DNA from: Phenylobacterium sp.
Lineage (GTDB): Bacteria > Pseudomonadota > Alphaproteobacteria > Caulobacterales > Caulobacteraceae
Reading direction: 5' to 3'
Length of the DNA: 64,000 nucleotides
NCBI RefSeq assembly: GCF_030680185.1
Contig: NZ_JAUXVZ010000039.1
Span: forward strand, 3,466 to 67,465
Shown: positions 10,348 to 18,489 of the stretch, piece by piece
Layout: every line of letters begins with the position of its first letter
Position numbering within the stretch: the stretch's first letter is position 1
Notes under the pieces: generated by a model
Database searches by the model: none
What the model saw: the letters and a program-made list of their open reading frames with translations, nothing else
Told to the model about the DNA's origin: nothing
Made by a program: the position numbers and the translations under genes

Positions 10348-11316
10348 ATGACTGTGTCCCATCAGGCTTCCCGCCGCGGCGTCATGACCGCCGGCCTCGG
10401 CATCGCCGCGCTCTCGGCCGCTACGGTCGCTCAAGGCGCCGAGCCCAAGACCGCCCAGACGCCCCGTGGCGCCGACCGCGCCGAAAGCGGCTATGTCACC
10501 ACCCAGCACGGCGTGCAGATCTTCTACAAGGACTGGGGTCCGAAGGACGCGCAACCGGTCGTCTTCCATCACGGCTGGCCCCTGTCCTCCGACGACTGGG
10601 ACGCCCAGATGATGTTCTTCCGGCTGCAGGGCTATCGGGTGATCGCCCACGACCGACGCGGCCATGGGCGCTCGACCCAGACCGACAGCGGCAACGAGAT
10701 GGACACCTACGCCGCCGACGTGATCGCCCTGGCCGACGCCCTGGACCTGAAGAACGCCATCCATGTCGGCCATTCCACCGGCGGCGGCGAGGTCGCCCGC
10801 TATGTGGCGCGCGCCAAGCCCGGCCGGGTCTCGAAGGCCGTGCTGATCGGCGCGGTGCCGCCGATCATGCTGAAGACGCCGGCCAATCCGGACGGCCTGC
10901 CTATGGAGCTGTTCGACGGCTTCCGCACGTCCCTGGCCGCCAACCGCGCCCAGTTCTTCCGCGACATCCCCGAGGGGCCGTTCTTCGGCTTCAATCGCCC
11001 CGGCGCCAAGGTCAGCCAGGGTCTGATCGACAACTGGTGGCGGCAGGGCATGGCCGGCGGCGCCAAGGCCCACTACGACTGCATCAAGGCCTTCTCGGAG
11101 ACCGACTTCACCGAGGACCTGAGGCAGATCGACGTCCCTGTGCTGATCCTGCACGGGGAAGACGACCAGCTCGTCCCCATCGCCAACAGCGCGCATCTGG
11201 CCATCAAGCTGGTGCGGCAGGGGACGCTGAAGACCTATCCCGGCCTGCCGCACGGGATGGCGTCGACCCACCCGGACCTGATCAACGCCGACCTGCTGGC
11301 CTTCTTCAAGTCCTAG
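10348..11316 (+). CDS. Non-heme chloroperoxidase-like alpha/beta hydrolase with Tat signal
   Basis: SRRGVM Tat motif; [20 protein letters not shown] (Ser), HGEDDQLVP (Asp), PHG (His). Confidence 0.9.
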   Translation: MTVSHQASRRGVMTAGLGIAALSAATVAQGAEPKTAQTPRGADRAESGYVTTQHGVQIFYKDWGPKDAQPVVFHHGWPLSSDDWDAQMMFFRLQGYRVIAHDRRGHGRSTQTDSGNEMDTYAADVIALADALDLKNAIHVGHSTGGGEVARYVARAKPGRVSKAVLIGAVPPIMLKTPANPDGLPMELFDGFRTSLAANRAQFFRDIPEGPFFGFNRPGAKVSQGLIDNWWRQGMAGGAKAHYDCIKAFSETDFTEDLRQIDVPVLILHGEDDQLVPIANSAHLAIKLVRQGTLKTYPGLPHGMASTHPDLINADLLAFFKS

Positions 11317-11341
11317 GCTGGTCGATCAGAGCACGCGAGAG

Positions 11342-11370
11342 GCCCCGGTTCGCGTGAGCCGGGGCTTTTT
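11342..11370 (+). terminator. Rho-independent terminator (second copy of the 6581 repeat)
   Basis: GCCCCGGTTC-GCGT-GAGCCGGGGC stem followed by TTTTT. Confidence 0.82.
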
Positions 11371-11422
11371 CGGCGTTAGGGGGCGTCCTCGGGCGCGGCG
11401 CCTTGGCCGCGATCACCGAAGC

Positions 11423-12007
11423 TTAGCGAATTGCCGCGCCTCCCCTTCGCGACCGCCACGCCTCCTGATTGAGCCGCCAGAACGCTGTCTCTTTGACGCC
11501 CTCGACATACTCGCCGACGCCCATGTGCCGGAGGGTGAAGCCTTGCTTCTCCTTGATGCGCTGCGAGGCGCGGTTGGCGCTGTTCGTGCTCACCTCGATA
11601 AAGGGCCAGTCCAGCACCTCGAAGGCATACGCGTTCACCGCGTCGGCGGCTTCCGTCATCAGGCCGCGGCCCCAGTAGTCCTGGGCCAACCAGAAGCCGC
11701 GCATGGAGCCGACGCCGGCGTCCGGCCGCAGGTCGATGCGGCCTATCAGTTCGTCGTCTCCGCCCTTGAGCGTGATCGCCCAGTAGAACTGTTCGCCGCG
11801 GGCGCGTGTCTCCAGGCATGCGCGGATATGGGTTTCCGCTCCGTCGGCCGGGTAGGGCCAGGGCGTTCTCGCCATCATGTGGCGCACCATCGCCCAGTGC
11901 GGGAAATGGCGCTGAACGGCCGGACTGTCTTCGAGCCTCAAGGGGCGGAGGACCAGTCGCTCCGTCTCAAGACGCGGCGTTTCGGGAAGGGGTAAAAGGA
12001 AGGGCAT
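11423..12007 (-). CDS. GNAT N-acetyltransferase (RimJ/RimL family)
   Basis: LETERLVLRPL, GFWLAQDYWGRGLMTEA, NRASQRIKEKQGF; SD AGGAG before ATG 12007. Confidence 0.9.
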   Translation of the reverse strand: MPFLLPLPETPRLETERLVLRPLRLEDSPAVQRHFPHWAMVRHMMARTPWPYPADGAETHIRACLETRARGEQFYWAITLKGGDDELIGRIDLRPDAGVGSMRGFWLAQDYWGRGLMTEAADAVNAYAFEVLDWPFIEVSTNSANRASQRIKEKQGFTLRHMGVGEYVEGVKETAFWRLNQEAWRSRRGGAAIR

Positions 12008-12049
12008 CACAAGGGTCTCCTGAATTGGGAGGCCGGATGCATGCTTTCC

Positions 12050-12084
12050 AAGAAGAAGCCCCGGCCGTCCTCGGCGGGGCTTGG
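12050..12084 (-). terminator. Attenuator terminator in the GNAT leader
   Basis: Minus strand AAGCCCCG-CCGAGGACGGC-CGGGGCTT-CTTCTT; located 10 nt after the leader ORF stop. Confidence 0.7.
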
Positions 12085-12092
12085 GTCGACGG

Positions 12093-12176
12093 CTAGGTGT
12101 CGCGCACGCAGCCGGCTCCACGCCCCGCAAGGGTGACGCAATTGGTGCTGGCTGACGTATTGAGAGCGCGATCCAT
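12093..12176 (-). CDS. Putative leader peptide MDRALNTSASTNCVTLAGRGAGCVRDT
   Basis: 27-codon ATG..TAG ORF whose codons 17-20 can pair with the terminator 5' arm. Confidence 0.6.
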   Translation of the reverse strand: MDRALNTSASTNCVTLAGRGAGCVRDT

Positions 12177-12263
12177 GCCGTTGCTGTTATCAAGGCCGCG
12201 CCTCAAAATCCATGGGCGTTTCCGCTGAGACCCGAGCGCCCTCGCCGCACGCCGGATCGCCCC

Positions 12264-12734
12264 ATGCCCCAGCATCTGACCGACAAGCCCATCGCCATCG
12301 CCTCCGACCATCGCGGGGTCGCCTTGAAGGCGCATCTGTCCGCGTGGCTGGTCGCCCACGGCTACGGCGTGAACGACTTCGGGGCGAACAGCGCGGCCGA
12401 GCGGGTCGATGCGATGGACTATGCGGTTCGGTTGGTCGATGAGGTCGGCGCGGGCCGGTCTGACTTCGCCATCGGCATCTGCGGCAGCGGACAGATGATG
12501 GCGATCACCGCCAACCGCTTCCCCTTCATGCGCGCGACACTGCTTCATACGGCCGCCGAGAGCGGTCCGGCGCGGGAGCATGGCGACGCCAATATGCTGG
12601 TCCTGGGCGCTGACACCGTCGATGAGGCGAGCGCCGCGCAAATCCTGAAGGTCTTCCTCAGCACCGCGCCCCTGGACGACCGCTATGCCGAGCGTCGCGC
12701 GCGATTGGCCCGGCTGGACACCTCCAGGCCCTAG
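12264..12734 (+). CDS. RpiB/LacA/LacB family sugar-phosphate isomerase
   Basis: IASDHRG, ICGSG, ANR, HGDANMLVLG. Confidence 0.85.
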   Translation: MPQHLTDKPIAIASDHRGVALKAHLSAWLVAHGYGVNDFGANSAAERVDAMDYAVRLVDEVGAGRSDFAIGICGSGQMMAITANRFPFMRATLLHTAAESGPAREHGDANMLVLGADTVDEASAAQILKVFLSTAPLDDRYAERRARLARLDTSRP

Positions 12735-13018
12735 TCGGTCTCCCGCCCGAAGGCCTTGCGCAGTTCGTCCTTGGCCGCCTCCAGGGTCTTGCGCTGCTGG
12801 GCGGGCAAATTGTCGCCAGCGCGGTTGATATAGAAGGTCAGCATGGACATGGCCGACTGGAAGGGCGTGCCCTTCCGGCGGTGGCTGCGCTCGGCCGAGC
12901 GCTTGAGCGAGGCGGCGATCTTCGCCGGATCGTCGAGGGTGAAGACGTCCTCTTCCAGATCCAGGGCGTCGCTGTGTTCGGTCACGTCCTGCGACCATTT
13001 TTCGGTTTTCTGACTCAT
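12731..13018 (-). CDS. DUF3175 family protein
   Basis: KWSQDVTEHSDALDLE, SAMSMLTFYINRAG, LEAAKDELR. Confidence 0.88.
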   Translation of the reverse strand: MSQKTEKWSQDVTEHSDALDLEEDVFTLDDPAKIAASLKRSAERSHRRKGTPFQSAMSMLTFYINRAGDNLPAQQRKTLEAAKDELRKAFGRETD

Positions 13019-13088
13019 CTGGCCTTCCTCCTCTCGGGGGAACTCGCCGTGCGGCCTGCGGTTTCGAGGGTGTCGCTTAAGCGAGCGC

Positions 13089-13137
13089 TTGACTCTCAAG
13101 ACGTGGCCGCTAAAAACTTAAGTCAATGCTACAGCAT
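13089..13137 (+). promoter_or_regulatory. Sigma70-type promoter with near-leaderless start and ArsR operator-like palindromes
   Basis: TTGACT (13089) - 16 nt - TAAAAA (13111); ATG at 13126; ACTTAAGT and ATGCT-AC-AGCAT palindromes. Confidence 0.55.
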
Positions 13138-13473
13138 CACTCCGAGCGCCTCGACATCGCCTTTCAGGCCCTGTCCGATCCGGGACGCCGCGCCATGGTC
13201 GAGCGGCTGAGCCTCGGGCCGGCCTCGGTCAGCGAACTGGCGAGGCCCCTGCCCATGACGCTTTCGGCCGTGGTCCAGCACCTCCAGGTTCTGGAAGCGG
13301 CAGGGCTGGTGAAGAGCCAGAAGGTGGGCCGCGTGCGCACCTGCAGCCTGGAGATCGGCGCCATCGCCCAGATCGAAGGCTGGATCACCGAGCGCCGGCG
13401 GTTCTGGGCGCAGCAGTATGACCAACTGGAGGCCTATCTGGCCCAGACCGCCCCGCAGGAGGGGGACAAATGA
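13126..13473 (+). CDS. ArsR/SmtB family regulator
   Basis: FQALSDPGRRAMVERL, VVQHLQVLEAAGLV, KVGRVRTC. Confidence 0.9.
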   Translation: MLQHHSERLDIAFQALSDPGRRAMVERLSLGPASVSELARPLPMTLSAVVQHLQVLEAAGLVKSQKVGRVRTCSLEIGAIAQIEGWITERRRFWAQQYDQLEAYLAQTAPQEGDK

Positions 13474-13943
13474 CGCTGATCAACGCCACCTTCACCATCG
13501 AGCGGGCGCTGGCCGCCACGCCGGCCCGGGTCTTCGCCGCCTATTCGAGCCTGGAGGCCAAGATGGCCTGGTTCAAGGCGCCGGCCGATATCGAGACCCT
13601 GAACCGCGACTTCGACTTCCGCGTCGGCGGCAAGGAGCGGTTCCACGCCCGCTGGCCGGACGGCAAGGTCACCGACTTCCAGGCCACCTACCACGACATC
13701 GTCGAGAACGAGCGGATCGTGCTGGTCTACGACATGTTCCACAACGACGAGAAGCTGTCGGTCTCCCTCCAGACCCTGGAATTCCGGGCGCAGGGCGACG
13801 GGACCCGGCTGATCCACACCGAGCAGGGCTCCTATTTCAGCGGCGGCGTCGAGGCCGTGAAGGGCCGCGAGCACGGCACCACCTGGCACGTGGACAATCT
13901 GGTGGCCTTGATGGAGGGGCGGGAAGCCCGGGCCTTCGCATGA
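13470..13943 (+). CDS. SRPBCC (AHSA1-like) domain protein
   Basis: ARVFAAYS, DFRVGGKE, YHDIVENERIV, GTRLIHTEQ. Confidence 0.88.
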   Translation: MTLINATFTIERALAATPARVFAAYSSLEAKMAWFKAPADIETLNRDFDFRVGGKERFHARWPDGKVTDFQATYHDIVENERIVLVYDMFHNDEKLSVSLQTLEFRAQGDGTRLIHTEQGSYFSGGVEAVKGREHGTTWHVDNLVALMEGREARAFA

Positions 13944-14593
13944 CCCTGGAATTTTTCGCCCACCCCTTCTCGTCCTACTGCCAGAAGGCCCTGATCGCCT
14001 TCTATGAGAACGACGTTCCCTTCGCCTACCGGATGCTGGAGGACCCCGGCGTCGGCGAGGAGTTCGCCGAGCTGTGGCCATTGAAGCGCTTTCCGATCCT
14101 GCGCGCGGACGGACGGGTGGTGCTGGAGGCTTCGGTCATCATCGAATATCTGCAGGTTCATCATCCGGGGCCTGTAAGGCTGATCCCGGACGATCCCGAC
14201 CTGGCGCTGGAGGCGCGCATGCTGGACCGCGTCTTCGACAACTACGTCATGACGCCCCAGGGCAAGTTCGTCTACGACTCCCTGCGGCCCGCCGACCAGC
14301 GCGATCCGCTCGGAGTGGATGAGGCGCGCCAGATGCTGGACGCCAGCTATGCCTGGCTCGACCAGCGCATGCAGGGCCGCACCTGGGCCGTGGGCGACAC
14401 CTTCACCCTGGCCGACTGCGCCGCCGCCCCGTCGCTCTTCTATGCCGACTGGACCTATCCGATCCCGGAGGCCTGCGCCGCGCTCAAGGCCTATCGCCAG
14501 CGCCTGTTGCAGCGGCCGTCCTTCGCCCGCGCGGTGAATGAGGCCCGCCCCTTCCGCCACTACTTCCCGCTGGGGGCTCCGGACCGGGACTAG
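13940..14593 (+). CDS. Glutathione S-transferase family protein
   Basis: HPFSSYCQKALIAFYE, ASVIIEYL, GDTFTLADCAAAP. Confidence 0.92.
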   Translation: MTLEFFAHPFSSYCQKALIAFYENDVPFAYRMLEDPGVGEEFAELWPLKRFPILRADGRVVLEASVIIEYLQVHHPGPVRLIPDDPDLALEARMLDRVFDNYVMTPQGKFVYDSLRPADQRDPLGVDEARQMLDASYAWLDQRMQGRTWAVGDTFTLADCAAAPSLFYADWTYPIPEACAALKAYRQRLLQRPSFARAVNEARPFRHYFPLGAPDRD

Positions 14594-14654
14594 GGTGATC
14601 GGCTGGCGCCAATCTTGCTTAACGCCAGGCGAGATTGATCAGCGGAGCCGAACC

Positions 14655-15011
14655 ATGGTCGCCAGCATTGGCGCTTCCAACCCCTTTGCGGCCCTGACGG
14701 CGTCGAACCCGTTCGCGCGGGATCAGAGCCGCGCCGACAAGCCCCAGGGCCCCAGCGTGACCGACGAGATCGGCCAGGCCGGCGGCTTCTATGAGTGGCA
14801 GAAGAAGGTGAAGCGCGAGAAGCTTGAGGAGATGATCCGCAAGCAGGTCGAGACCGAGTTCGCCGCGCAGGGCGGCGGCGACCCTCAGGCGCTGAAATCG
14901 GCCATCGCCGAAGAGATCGCCAAGCGCCTGCGCGAGGCCATCGAGCAGGAGGCCAAGGCCGACGCCCAGTCTGGCGACGCCAAGGGCGCCATCATCGACA
15001 TCGCGGTCTAG
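14655..15011 (+). CDS. Hypothetical protein
   Basis: Host-like codon usage, GGAG SD, helical core, C-terminal GAIIDIAV. Confidence 0.72.
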   Translation: MVASIGASNPFAALTASNPFARDQSRADKPQGPSVTDEIGQAGGFYEWQKKVKREKLEEMIRKQVETEFAAQGGGDPQALKSAIAEEIAKRLREAIEQEAKADAQSGDAKGAIIDIAV

Positions 15012-15098
15012 ACCGGGCCAGCTAGCTCGGAAACTAGCGACGCCCACCGCCGCTCAATGCAAAGTGCCTTGCCCCCAAATTACGAGCGGCAGAGTCGC

Positions 15099-15509
15099 AT
15101 GGCTGAAATCTCGCAAACTGCAGCTAGCCTTCGATTGTTTGGCGATGACCTTGACCCAGACGAGGTGACGCAGTTGCTGGCCGCGGCCCCTACACAGTGG
15201 GGCCGAAAGGGCGACATCAGGGCGGGTCCGACGCAACACTATGTCGAAAAAACTGGCCGCTGGCATTTCAGCGCGCCCGACGCGCAGCCGGGCGATCTGG
15301 AAGGCCAAATAGTACGAATTCTCGCATCGCTCACGCCGGATACGGCCGTCTGGACCGGACTGTCCAAACGCTTCAGCATCGACATGTACTGCGGCCTGTT
15401 CATGAGAGAGACGAACGAAGGGCTGGAACTTAGTCCGGAAACGCTCCACGCCATGGGTCAGCGAGGCATCAGCCTCATTCTGGACATCTACGATCCCGTT
15501 TCAGATTGA
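15099..15509 (+). CDS. DUF4279 domain protein
   Basis: LRLFGDDLDPDEVTQLLAAAPT, LELSPETL, ISLILDIY. Confidence 0.8.
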   Translation: MAEISQTAASLRLFGDDLDPDEVTQLLAAAPTQWGRKGDIRAGPTQHYVEKTGRWHFSAPDAQPGDLEGQIVRILASLTPDTAVWTGLSKRFSIDMYCGLFMRETNEGLELSPETLHAMGQRGISLILDIYDPVSD

Positions 15510-15556
15510 AGTCCAAAGTCGGTCGGAAGCTGACGCCAACTAGTAGGTGGTCATCC

Positions 15557-16414
15557 TCACCCGATCTTCACGCCAGGGGGCGGGACGGGGTCCTCCGGCA
15601 CGAAGAAGTCCGGCATCAGGGGCGCGGTGGGATCGACCCGGTACTTGTCGAAGTCCCGCTCGCCCTCGCCATAGAGGAAGGTGTCGTCGATCAGGAAGTT
15701 GCCGGTGAAGTCGCGGGCCGGCTTGTTGAAGATGGCGTAGGCGGCGTCGGCCATGATGTCGGTGGTGCGGCAGCTCTTCATGCCCTCTTCGCCGGCCAGG
15801 GCGAACTGGATGGCGGCGGTGGCGATGCCGGTGCGGGGCCAGAGCGCATTGAAGGCGATCCCGTCCTCGCGGAATTCCTCGGCCATGCCCAGCACGCACA
15901 TGCTCATGCCGAACTTGGCCATGGTGTAGGCCACATGGCCCTTGAACCAGCGGGGGTTCATGTCCAGCGGCGGCGACAGCATCAGGACGTGGGGATTGGC
16001 GCTGCGCTTCAGGTGGGGGATGCAGGCCTTGGAGGTGAGGTAGGTCCCCCGGGCGTTGACCTGGTTCATCAGGTCATAGCGCTTCATCTCGGTCTGCAAG
16101 GTGCCGGTCAGCTGGATGGCCGAGGCGTTGTTCACGCAGATGTCGATGCCGCCGAATTTCGCCGCCGCCTGCTCGACGGCGTCCATCACATTGGCCTCGT
16201 CGCGGACATCGACGATCAACGGCAGGGCCTTGCCGCCGGCCTTCTCGATCTCCTCGGCGGCCGAATAGATGGTGCCGGGCAAATGCTTGTGGGCCTCTGC
16301 GGTCTTGGCGGCGATGGCGACATTGGCGCCGTCGCGGGCCGCCCGCAGCGCGATGGCCAGGCCGATGCCGCGGCTGGCGCCGGTGACGAACAGGGTCTTG
16401 CCTTGCAGGCTCAT
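15557..16414 (-). CDS. SDR oxidoreductase (HSDL2/citronellol-dehydrogenase-like)
   Basis: TGASRGIG, AKTAEAHKHLPGTI, YTMAKFGMS, NALWPRT. Confidence 0.9.
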   Translation of the reverse strand: MSLQGKTLFVTGASRGIGLAIALRAARDGANVAIAAKTAEAHKHLPGTIYSAAEEIEKAGGKALPLIVDVRDEANVMDAVEQAAAKFGGIDICVNNASAIQLTGTLQTEMKRYDLMNQVNARGTYLTSKACIPHLKRSANPHVLMLSPPLDMNPRWFKGHVAYTMAKFGMSMCVLGMAEEFREDGIAFNALWPRTGIATAAIQFALAGEEGMKSCRTTDIMADAAYAIFNKPARDFTGNFLIDDTFLYGEGERDFDKYRVDPTAPLMPDFFVPEDPVPPPGVKIG

Positions 16415-17373
16415 AGGGTCGCTCCCACGGTTTCTTCGGTGAGGATCCACAGCCGCTCTGCGGCTTCCGGATCCAGGGCGTGGTCCATCACGCCCTGGTT
16501 AGGCTTGTCCTTGGTCCAGGGCATGGCCACCGAGCAGTCCTCCAGATAGAGGCCGCCTTCGCCTTCCAGCTCCTCGGCCACGGCGGCCCAGACGCTGGTC
16601 GACGCGCCCTGTTCCGGGGTCTTGAAGCCCTCGACCGGCTTGCCGTCCTCGTCCAGCCAGCCCATGGCCGCCATCTCGTCCTCGGTCAGGTGGCGCTGCA
16701 GCGGGGTCATGATGCCGCCGGGCATGACGGCGTTGGCGTTGATCCCGTGCTCGGCGAAGCGTTCGTCGAAGGCCACGGCGAACAGCGCATTGGCCGTCTT
16801 GGACTGCCCATAGGCCTCCCACTTGTCGTAGGGCCTGTTGCGAAAATGGACGTCGTCGAATTGGATCGGGCTGCGGCGGTGGCCGATGGACGACAGGCTG
16901 ACCACGCGGGCGGCGCGATCGGCCTCGGCGGCGTTCATCAGGGCCCGGGCCAGGCCGATGCTCAGCAGGAAGTGGCCGAAGTGATTGACCCCGATCTGCA
17001 TCTCCAGATCGTCCGAGGTGTATTCCAGCGGGCAGGCCATGACCCCGGCATTGTTGATCAGCACGTCCAGGGGTTCATCCCCCCAGGCGTCGACAAAGGA
17101 GCTGACCGAGGACAGGCTGGCCAGGTCCAGCGTGCCGGCCACGACGCGATCGGCGCCGATGCTCTCATTGATCTGTACGGCCGCCCGCTCGCCGGCTGAA
17201 CGGTCGCGGACCGCCAGCATGACGTCGGCCCCCGCCCCGGCCAGGGCGCGTGCCGTCTCCAGGCCGATGCCGCTGGCCCCGCCAGTGACGATGATGTTGC
17301 GGCCCGAAAGATCATGCTCGCCCGCGACGATGCGGGCCGGTGTGAAGGCGCCGAACCTCGAACCGAAACTCAC
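16411..17373 (-). CDS. SDR oxidoreductase (retinol dehydrogenase-like)
   Basis: TGGASGIG, NNAGVMA, NHFGHF, YGQSKTAN, KTPEQGAST. Confidence 0.9.
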   Translation of the reverse strand: MSFGSRFGAFTPARIVAGEHDLSGRNIIVTGGASGIGLETARALAGAGADVMLAVRDRSAGERAAVQINESIGADRVVAGTLDLASLSSVSSFVDAWGDEPLDVLINNAGVMACPLEYTSDDLEMQIGVNHFGHFLLSIGLARALMNAAEADRAARVVSLSSIGHRRSPIQFDDVHFRNRPYDKWEAYGQSKTANALFAVAFDERFAEHGINANAVMPGGIMTPLQRHLTEDEMAAMGWLDEDGKPVEGFKTPEQGASTSVWAAVAEELEGEGGLYLEDCSVAMPWTKDKPNQGVMDHALDPEAAERLWILTEETVGATL

Positions 17374-18152
17374 CGGCCGCTGACCTTGGCGAAGTCCGGG
17401 GCGCGTTTTTCGGCGAAGGCGGCGAAGGCCTCCTTGGCTTCCGGCGATTTGAGCTGGTCGGAGAAGTGACGGCCCTCCCGGTCCATGCGTTCGGCCAGAC
17501 CGACGGGGTCACGCATCAGCGCCTTGGTGATGGTGACGGCGGCCGGCGGCCGGGCGGCGACAGCCATGGCCGCGGCGCGCGCCCGGGCGCGCAGTTCTTC
17601 CCGGGGCAGGACCTCGTTGGCGATGCCCCAGGCGAGCGCCTTCTGGGCGTCGACGGCCTCGCCGAGCACGAACATGGAAAAGGCCCGGGCATGACCGATG
17701 CGGTCGGGCAGGGTCAGGCTGGAGGCGGCCTCGGGCACCAGGGCCAGGTTCACGAATGGCGTGGTCAGCACCGAGTCCTCGCTCAGATAGACGAGGTCGC
17801 AGTGCAGCAGCATGGTGACGCCGACGCCCACGGCGCGGCCATTGACGGCGGCCACCAGGGGCGTCTTGGCCCGGGCGAGCGCCGCCAGCAGGGGATTGCC
17901 GCCGCGGCGGGCCTCATTGGCCGGCGCCTCGCCCGCATTGACCGCCGCGAAGTCCGACAGGTCGTTGCCGGCGGTGAACATGTCGCCCTCGGCCTGGAAC
18001 AGGATGCAGCGGACATCCTTGTCGAATTCGGCCGCATCGATGGCGTCGCCCAGGGCCTGGTACATGTCCCGGGTCAGGGCGTTCTTCTTTTCCGGGCGAT
18101 TGAGGGTCAGGGTCAGGACCCCATCGGACGTCTGCGCGATCACATGGCTCAT
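17370..18152 (-). CDS. Enoyl-CoA hydratase/isomerase
   Basis: LTLNRPEKKNAL, FTAGNDL, NGRAVGVG, PFVNLALVPEA. Confidence 0.92.
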   Translation of the reverse strand: MSHVIAQTSDGVLTLTLNRPEKKNALTRDMYQALGDAIDAAEFDKDVRCILFQAEGDMFTAGNDLSDFAAVNAGEAPANEARRGGNPLLAALARAKTPLVAAVNGRAVGVGVTMLLHCDLVYLSEDSVLTTPFVNLALVPEAASSLTLPDRIGHARAFSMFVLGEAVDAQKALAWGIANEVLPREELRARARAAAMAVAARPPAAVTITKALMRDPVGLAERMDREGRHFSDQLKSPEAKEAFAAFAEKRAPDFAKVSGR

Positions 18153-18489
18153 GTGGGGGTCCTCTCCATTGGTCTTACTTCGTAAATTCTAGGCTGCGGC
18201 GCCGGACGCGTCGACGCCGTTCTGAACAGCGCCTGTGACCCGCCGCCGCAGGCCGGGGCGCAGCCTGCATCGAGAGGCGGCGTGTCAGCCCCCGTTCATG
18301 TGCGCCGATCAAGGATCGTGGAAGAGCAAGAGAGGCGAAAACCCGTGGCGAACCAAAAGCTTGACCACATCGCGATCAAAGGTTTCGGCGTCGGCCAAGC
18401 TTGATCTCGGAAAGACTCGACCTTGACCCCAATGGATCGCGGGGGCTTATCTCCGCGCAGAGGAACGACCCCCAGGAGATGAAGTAATC

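Larger units (their letters stand above)
6559..11370. mobile_element. Putative accessory islet bounded by imperfect direct repeats; no mobility gene
   Basis: GGTCGATCAGA...GAGGCCCCGG...TGAGCCGGGGC-TTTT occurs at both 6559-6612 and 11320-11370; some internal genes use visibly more A/T-ending codons. Confidence 0.45.

Noticed and set aside
12180-12215. Sigma70 promoter for the GNAT leader (TTGAGG/GATAAC)
   Set aside because: The spacer would be only 9 nt; promoter position left undetermined.
18168-18190. CTTACTTCGTAAA as a LiuR-like box upstream of the enoyl-CoA hydratase
   Set aside because: Spacing and symmetry do not fit the remembered consensus.
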